Positions 54,455-59,397 of a stretch of 64,000 nt of DNA are shown piece after piece (the stretch's first letter is position 1; the number at the start of each line of letters is the position of its first letter). This stretch comes from a virus. The stretch lies in the IMG/VR virus record IMGVR_UViG_3300035701_000001; one strand, written 5' to 3'. The position numbers were made by a program, and so were the translations under genes. The notes under the pieces were generated by a model that saw only the letters and a program-made list of their open reading frames with translations, had not been told where the DNA came from and ran no database searches.

Positions 54455-54883
54455 ATGAGACAGGTGCGTGCGAAGTTCCGGTGCATGGAGATCAGCCGTT
54501 TCTGGAACGGGGGGTGTACGCTCGTACGTTTTTTGCCTGTCATGGCAAAGAATGGATGCCGTGCGGACGAAGAGACCGCCAGCGAGGAGAACGCAGCCTT
54601 CTGGCAGGCAACCCCTTCCGGAGAAGCCAAGCTCCAGTTCCCCACGCTCGACCCCGTGTCCTACGAGATCGGGCACTGCTACTACCTCGACATGCGTCCA
54701 GACGAACAGGGGAGTTGGAAGCTCACCGAGCGCAAGCACAGTGAAGGCCAACTCGGGGTTGTCCTGTCCTGCTCCTGGCGGGACTCGGTCAGCATGAACA
54801 TCTGCAACGAGTCAGCCTGGGATGCCTTCGACGGTCCCATCGGGGGACCCTGGTCTGTCGAGTTCACGCACGCGGGGCCGTAG
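54455..54883 (+). CDS. conserved-looking phage hypothetical protein within the tRNA array
   Basis: VRAKFRC...PV...SEENAAFWQATPSG; GGGAG RBS. Confidence 0.8.
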   Translation: MRQVRAKFRCMEISRFWNGGCTLVRFLPVMAKNGCRADEETASEENAAFWQATPSGEAKLQFPTLDPVSYEIGHCYYLDMRPDEQGSWKLTERKHSEGQLGVVLSCSWRDSVSMNICNESAWDAFDGPIGGPWSVEFTHAGP

Positions 54884-54898
54884 CGCTCCTTCTTTTGC

Positions 54899-54969
54899 CG
54901 GGGCGTTGGCAAGCGGCAAGCCACCAGGCTTTGGTCCTGGCATCGCAGGTTCGAATCCTGTCGCCCCCA
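54899..54969 (+). tRNA. tRNA-Gln(TTG)
   Basis: CCAGG-CTTTGGT-CCTGG; C1/C72 mismatch. Confidence 0.85.
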
Positions 54970-54977
54970 CCTTCGAA

Positions 54978-55054
54978 GGCAGCGTACCTCAGTTGGCCAG
55001 AGGAGGGCGCTCATATCGCCACGGTCGCCGGTTCGAGTCCGGCCGCTGCCACCA
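54978..55054 (+). tRNA. tRNA-Met(CAT), elongator type (Ile2 not excluded)
   Basis: GGCG-CTCATAT-CGCC; G1-C72; CCA. Confidence 0.85.
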
Positions 55055-55063
55055 TCCTTTCAT

Positions 55064-55141
55064 CCGGCTGTAGCTCAGCCTGCTCAGAGCGCGTGGTCGG
55101 GGACCACGAGGTCGCCCGTTGAAGTCGGGCCAGCCGGACCA
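55064..55141 (+). tRNA. tRNA-Pro(GGG), C33
   Basis: CGTGG-TCGGGGA-CCACG; CCA. Confidence 0.88.
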
Positions 55142-55145
55142 TTTT

Positions 55146-55220
55146 GCGGGTATGGCGCAATGGTAGCGCATCGGGTTGCCAATCCGAAGGTTGCCGGTTC
55201 GACTCCGGTTGCCCGCTCCA
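55146..55220 (+). tRNA. tRNA-Gly(GCC)
   Basis: TCGGG-TTGCCAA-TCCGA; U73, CCA. Confidence 0.93.
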
Positions 55221-55339
55221 CTTTGAAATAATCTACAAAAAACGAAAGAAACGAAAATAATGACACAGAACTTGTATAGTCCGAGGCTTGGACTATACAG
55301 TTCCTGTGCAATTTCAAGAAAGATGCAGGTTCCTTCGTT

Positions 55340-55412
55340 GCTGACATAGCTCAGCCGGTAGAGCAGTGGTTTTGTAAACCTCAGGTCGTCGGTTCGAACC
55401 CGACTGTCAGCT
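55340..55412 (+). tRNA. tRNA-Thr(TGT)
   Basis: GGT-TTTGTAA-ACC. Confidence 0.9.
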
Positions 55413-55422
55413 TTCCTTCCTC

Positions 55423-55500
55423 GCCCCAGTAGCTCAGGTGGATCAGAGCGCGTCCTTGGTAAGGACGAGGTCATCGGTTCAAGTCCGATTTGGGGCTCCA
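55423..55500 (+). tRNA. tRNA-Thr(GGT)
   Basis: CGTCC-TTGGTAA-GGACG; CCA. Confidence 0.93.
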
Positions 55501-55506
55501 TTTTGT

Positions 55507-55584
55507 GCCTCAGTAGCTCAGATTGCTTGGAGCGCCTGCTTCGTACGCAGGAGGTCGTCGGTTGGAATCCGACCTGAGGCTCCA
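55507..55584 (+). tRNA. tRNA-Thr(CGT)
   Basis: CCTGC-TTCGTAC-GCAGG; CCA. Confidence 0.92.
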
Positions 55585-55727
55585 TTTCTCAGGACGCATC
55601 GAACGAGGCTAGGGCCCGTGTCTCCCTTCGGAATCGGTGGGAGGAGCTTCGGCTTCGTTTGCACCACCCCAACGCGGTGGATAATCGGGGTGGGAAGCGT
55701 GCGGATGACCTGTCCTGGGATCTATTT

Positions 55728-55799
55728 GCGGGAGTAGCTCAATGGTAGAGCGCCAGCCTTCCAAGCTGGCCGTTGCGGGTTCGAGTCCCGTTTCCCGCT
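55728..55799 (+). tRNA. tRNA-Gly(TCC)
   Basis: CCAGC-CTTCCAA-GCTGG; U73. Confidence 0.93.
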
Positions 55800-55807
55800 C
55801 TTTTTCC

Positions 55808-55882
55808 GGGTGTGTAGCTCAATGGTGGAGCACCGTTTCGACATGGCGGAGGCCGTTGGTTCGAGTCCAATCACACCCACCA
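55808..55882 (+). tRNA. tRNA-Val(GAC), C33
   Basis: CCGTT-TCGACAT-GGCGG; A73, CCA. Confidence 0.88.
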
Positions 55883-55888
55883 TTTCTT

Positions 55889-55927
55889 GGGGACGTAGCT
55901 CAGTTGGGAGAGCGGCGTTGCACGCGT
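55889..55927 (+). pseudogene. 5' remnant of a tRNA-Ala(TGC)-like gene
   Basis: GGGGACG-TA-GCTC-AGTTGGGA-GAGC, then TTGCAC in a shortened arm; no T-arm or acceptor 3' strand follows. Confidence 0.65.
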
Positions 55928-55952
55928 AGTCCAGGTATGGTAGCACTAGGCT

Positions 55953-56444
55953 ATGTCGAAGTACCGCTTTGTGAAAGCTCCTCCTGACTACCCCGGCAAG
56001 GTGTACTCCTGGGGGTATCGGGTTCTTGAACATCACCTTGTTTGGTGGCAGAACACCAAGCGCCTCGTTGCAGAAGGTTTTGAGCTTCACCACAAGAACG
56101 AAAATGGGTTGGACAATCGCTTTGAGAACTTGGAGGAAATCAGGGCGCCGGATCATGGCAAGCTGCATCACCCAAAGGAACCGGATGTGGAGACAACCTG
56201 CGCTTACTGCGAAAAGCCTCTCACTAGAAGTGGCCGGGATGTCAAGTCCAAGAGAAAAGCTGGTCAGCAGCGATTCTTCTGCTCATCTTCTCATGCAGCC
56301 CTCATACGACAACGTGAGAAGAAAGGATCGAAGGCCGGTCACGGTACAAGCTCGATGTATAACATTCATGGCTGTCGATGTGAAGTCTGCAAAGTCTACA
56401 ATCAAGCCAAGTATCTCAGGTACAAGGCTAAAAAGGGGCGTTAG
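55953..56444 (+). CDS. HNH (HNH_3-type) homing-like endonuclease with Zn-ribbon domains
   Basis: VLEHHLVW...ELHHKNENGLDNRFENLE...H..LHH; CAYC..FCS; HGT..Y..HGCRCEVC; stop lies inside the next tRNA. Confidence 0.88.
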   Translation: MSKYRFVKAPPDYPGKVYSWGYRVLEHHLVWWQNTKRLVAEGFELHHKNENGLDNRFENLEEIRAPDHGKLHHPKEPDVETTCAYCEKPLTRSGRDVKSKRKAGQQRFFCSSSHAALIRQREKKGSKAGHGTSSMYNIHGCRCEVCKVYNQAKYLRYKAKKGR

Positions 56445-56510
56445 TTCAGTTGCGAGAACACTCGGCTTGCACCCGAGAGGTCGCGGGTTGGAACCCCGCA
56501 CGCTCCACCA
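56435..56510 (+). tRNA. tRNA-Ala(TGC)
   Basis: G3-U70; CTCGG-CTTGCAC-CCGAG; CCA. Confidence 0.9.
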
Positions 56511-56516
56511 TTTCTG

Positions 56517-56590
56517 TGCGGGGAGAGGTGTTGGTTTCCCAACCAGGACTCATACTCCAGGCCACGTCGGTTCGATTCCGGCCCCCGCTA
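56517..56590 (+). tRNA. tRNA-Met(CAT), initiator-like
   Basis: 1-72 mismatch, acceptor (T)GCGGGG/CCCCGC(T); GGA-CTCATAC-TCC (lacks the full 3GC pairs). Confidence 0.75.
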
Positions 56591-56599
56591 CCCTTGTTC

Positions 56600-56672
56600 G
56601 CGAGCATCGTCTAGCGGCCAGGACTCCGCCTTTACACGGCGGCTATCGGGGGTTCGAGTCCCTCTGCTCGCA
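56600..56672 (+). tRNA. tRNA-Val(TAC) with a Glu-like body
   Basis: CCGCC-TTTACAC-GGCGG; D-arm TCGTCTAGCGGCCAGGAC; A73. Confidence 0.88.
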
Positions 56673-56682
56673 CTTCTCCCAT

Positions 56683-56755
56683 GCCCCCGTCGTCTAACGG
56701 TCAGGACTCCGGGTTTTCAGCCCGGCTACTGCAGGTTCGAATCCTGTCGGGGGTA
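56683..56755 (+). tRNA. tRNA-Glu(TTC)
   Basis: CCGGG-TTTTCAG-CCCGG. Confidence 0.92.
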
Positions 56756-56761
56756 CTCCTT

Positions 56762-56836
56762 GCTCGCGTAGCTCAATGGAGGAGCACCGGAGTTCTACCT
56801 CGGTCGATGGAGGTTCGAATCCTCTCGCGAGCGCCA
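56762..56836 (+). tRNA. tRNA-Arg(TCT)
   Basis: CCGGA-GTTCTAC-CTCGG (31-39 mismatch); CCA. Confidence 0.8.
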
Positions 56837-56841
56837 ATCAC

Positions 56842-56916
56842 GGCCCCGTAGCTCAGTGGAATCAGAGCCTCCCGTTCCTACCGGGAAGGTCACCGGTTCG
56901 AGTCCGGTCGGGGCTG
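56842..56916 (+). tRNA. tRNA-Arg(CCT)
   Basis: TCCCG-TTCCTAC-CGGGA. Confidence 0.92.
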
Positions 56917-56976
56917 CTTTTCCTCGTCGTGCAAGACCGTCGTATCCAGGGTATTCCTCTGCTGCAGGAAACTGTC

Positions 56977-57558
56977 ATGCACGCCGTCCTTCTTCTCAAC
57001 GTCGACCATACCCCCATGAAGATCGTCCCCTGGCAGAAGGCCATGTGTCTTCTGCTCGCGGACAAGGTCCGGCTCATCGAGAGCTACGGGGACAAGGTCG
57101 TGCATTCCGCCTCGGGCAAGACCTGGCCCTGGCCTGCGGTCGTGGCCCTGAAGACCTATGAGCGGATCAAGAGGGCCGAGTCGAAGGTCAAGTTCAAGCG
57201 CCTCAACGTGCTGGCCCGAGACGGGTTTGCCTGCGCGTACTGCGGGGTCAAGCCCCAGACGTCCGCCGGGCTTCCTGACCTGTCTCGCCTCTCGGTCGAC
57301 CACGTCGTTCCGAAGTCCCGTGCGGTCGATGGCAAGGTGAAGCTGCCCTGGAACGGCCGGGTGGTCCCCATGACGTGCTGGGACAACGTCGTGTCCTCCT
57401 GCAACGCCTGCAACTACGCGAAGGCGGACCGGACCCCTGCCGAGGCGGGGATGAAGCTCCAGGTCGTCCCGAGACGACCCAATCCCTTCGACGTCGTCCG
57501 CATCGTGCTGTCTCGGATGGCCGTGCCTGCCGAGTGGGAACCACATTTGTCTTCTTGA
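56977..57558 (+). CDS. HNH endonuclease (McrA-like, LLLN...W.KA N-terminus)
   Basis: VLLLNVDHTP..IVPWQKAMCLL; NVLARDGFACAYCG; SVDHVVPKSR; WDNVVSSC..CNY.KADRTP.EAGM.L. Confidence 0.92.
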   Translation: MHAVLLLNVDHTPMKIVPWQKAMCLLLADKVRLIESYGDKVVHSASGKTWPWPAVVALKTYERIKRAESKVKFKRLNVLARDGFACAYCGVKPQTSAGLPDLSRLSVDHVVPKSRAVDGKVKLPWNGRVVPMTCWDNVVSSCNACNYAKADRTPAEAGMKLQVVPRRPNPFDVVRIVLSRMAVPAEWEPHLSS

Positions 57559-57562
57559 CCGT

Positions 57563-57591
57563 TTGACACCTGGAGTGTCATAGGGTAAGGT
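57563..57591 (+). promoter_or_regulatory. promoter of the Cas12f-like gene with operator TGACAC-N5-GTGTCA
   Basis: TTGACA-17nt-TAAGGT; perfect 6-bp arms. Confidence 0.75.
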
Positions 57592-57621
57592 GGTCGCACA
57601 GGACAGGCCACGGCGGTTTGC

Positions 57622-58953
57622 ATGAAAAAGTCCAAGGTCTCCAAGACCCCCAAGATCATCATTTCCCATCCGGGTTTCCTCACGCGGGCCGTGCGGTTCG
57701 CGGTGAGCTTCCCTGGGATGCGGAAGGCCGATCTCAATGGGGAGAAGGGGCTGTTCTACCAGCTTACCGTCACACAGAGCGATGTGCGTCGAGCCGCCAA
57801 CCGCCTGATTCACCTCATCGCCTTGCTCGACCGTGGGATGATCGAACGGCCGATGAGGGAAGATGGAACAGGCCCCGAGTACGCCCAGACCCTTGGCTAT
57901 CGGGCCCTCAACGGAACCTGGCAGCCCTTCGACAAGCCTCTTTACGATCCGGAAGCCAAGCGGCTCGGCGGTGGATGCCTCTCTGCGCTGTCCGAGTTTG
58001 TCCGCAACCGGTATGCCAACGACAAGAAGGCAGTCCGGAAGGATCGGAATCGTCCGGAGTACAGCACGTTCAAGATCCTCCCCATCCCCATCCGGGCCCA
58101 GGAGACCCACATCCAAGAGGACGAGAAGGAGGGAATCACGATTTCCCTTGGCCTGTGGAGCAGGGATGCGGGGGGAGCCACTCGCCTGAAGGTCAAGCCG
58201 GTCAAACCCAACGCAGGGCAGAAGACCATCCTCCAGCGTCTCCTCGATGGAACCTACTCGTGTGGCGGTGCACAACTCACCCATCATCCCCGCAAGGCGA
58301 AGTGGATGCTGTCCGTCGTCTATACAGGCCTGGTCCAGCAAACACGGGGGGATTGGATTGCCGGGGTACGGCTCGATGCCTCTCCCTACGTCGAGATCGC
58401 CTACACCCCGAAGACTCCTGTTCCCGAAAATACTCCGAACCACGAAGCTCCTCGTCCGGATACGCTGCGTGTCTCGGAAGTCGCCCTGAGGGCGTGGTGC
58501 CAGGTGGAGGAACAGAAGAGGGAACGGCTGCACTTCAACCGGGACGTCTACGGGGCTCGGGAAGGACAAGGCCGGAACGGAAAGCTCAAGCCTGTCTCCG
58601 CAATCCAGGACAAGCATGCGAGGACGGTGAAGACAGCCCTGCAGCAGACCGCGTGTGCCGTCGTGGAGACGGCGAAGAAACGGGGTGCTTCGGTGCTCGC
58701 CCTTGGAGATGTGCAGGGTCTCGCCAGGAAATTCCTCCGCCAGACGGACGAGATGAGCCGCCGCAAGCGTGCCCACCTCCGCCGGATCCGGTTCTTGCAC
58801 CAGCAGCCGTCCGAACTGTACGGCTACATCCAGATGGCCGCAGAGCGGGAAGGCTTGGCCTTCCTCAAGGTCGGTCCTGCCGACTCCGCCCTCCATGCGG
58901 CCTTGCAAGGACGGGAAGCCATTCTGCAAGGAGAAATCCCATCCGTTTCTTGA
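57622..58953 (+). CDS. nuclease-dead Cas12f1-like (type V-F) CRISPR effector, 443 aa
   Basis: Aligns by eye to AsCas12f1 blocks (KTILQRLLDGTYSCGGAQLTHHPRKAKWMLSVVY; GAREGQGRNGKLKPVSAIQDK). RuvC-I GVRLD (D to R), RuvC-II ALGDV (E to G); Zn finger and RuvC-III absent. Array adjacent. Confidence 0.85.
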   Translation: MKKSKVSKTPKIIISHPGFLTRAVRFAVSFPGMRKADLNGEKGLFYQLTVTQSDVRRAANRLIHLIALLDRGMIERPMREDGTGPEYAQTLGYRALNGTWQPFDKPLYDPEAKRLGGGCLSALSEFVRNRYANDKKAVRKDRNRPEYSTFKILPIPIRAQETHIQEDEKEGITISLGLWSRDAGGATRLKVKPVKPNAGQKTILQRLLDGTYSCGGAQLTHHPRKAKWMLSVVYTGLVQQTRGDWIAGVRLDASPYVEIAYTPKTPVPENTPNHEAPRPDTLRVSEVALRAWCQVEEQKRERLHFNRDVYGAREGQGRNGKLKPVSAIQDKHARTVKTALQQTACAVVETAKKRGASVLALGDVQGLARKFLRQTDEMSRRKRAHLRRIRFLHQQPSELYGYIQMAAEREGLAFLKVGPADSALHAALQGREAILQGEIPSVS

Positions 58954-58984
58954 CTTTGAACGCTCTTTGACATTTCTGAGCATC

Positions 58985-59170
58985 CCCCTGTTGGTTCCCG
59001 CAGCGGCAGGGGTGTGGTGTTGGGCTGACTACGCAGCCAGAAGGGGAGTCCCTTTCTAGGGAAGCCACCCGAGCCCATGGGAAGCTCGGGGCGCGAAGTG
59101 GTCTACAGGGTTGCAAGCCTCGGTTCCCGGTGTCGAAACCGGTCCCCCCGAGGCCCCCCGCAAGGGGCAG
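58985..59170 (+). ncRNA. putative tracrRNA (anti-repeat at 59103-59127; ends approximate)
   Basis: CTACAG plus CAAGCCTCGGTTCC pair with repeat nt 31-36 and 12-25 (20 bp, two G-U); flanking GC-rich hairpins. Confidence 0.75.
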
Positions 59171-59397
59171 GACCCGCTTGATCAACGCTCCTCAATCCTC
59201 TCCTTTTGCGAGTGGTCCGGCTTCGGCTGGATTCCCAGATGCCGCTCGCACGCTCGAAAGTGCAAATAAGGAAGGAACCTACTATTGAAAGATAGAAGAG
59301 TGGATCTCTGCGGGAACCTCTGTGGCTGCGTGGAAAAGGTGGATAACTCGCCATCCGAGTCGGAGAAGGGCTTGGTTTGCGGATCGTGAACGGGTCT

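Noticed and set aside
55889-56510. Group I intron with an HNH ORF splitting tRNA-Ala
   Set aside because: The downstream sequence is a complete tRNA rather than a 3' exon, and no P3/P7 core was found.
56762-56836. Amber (CUA) suppressor reading of the tRNA at 56762
   Set aside because: That register puts C at position 37 and breaks the stem. TCT with A37 fits better.
45735-56900. Many short ORFs overlapping tRNA genes (e.g. 46611-47189, 54989-55585, 53978-54751)
   Set aside because: They are sense or antisense translations of tRNA sequences (GFEP, RTRT, GSNP patterns).
58954-59059. Off-frame peptide ...RPCKDGKPFCKE...WADYAARR after the Cas12f-like gene, resembling the missing Zn finger/RuvC-III (NADYNAARN)
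   Set aside because: It is in the +1 frame, the spacing is about 12 aa too long, no CxxC pairs are present, and the DNA is explained by tracr hairpins (GGCTG-ACTACG-CAGCC). RuvC-I and RuvC-II are inactivated anyway. A relic cannot be fully excluded without homologue alignment.
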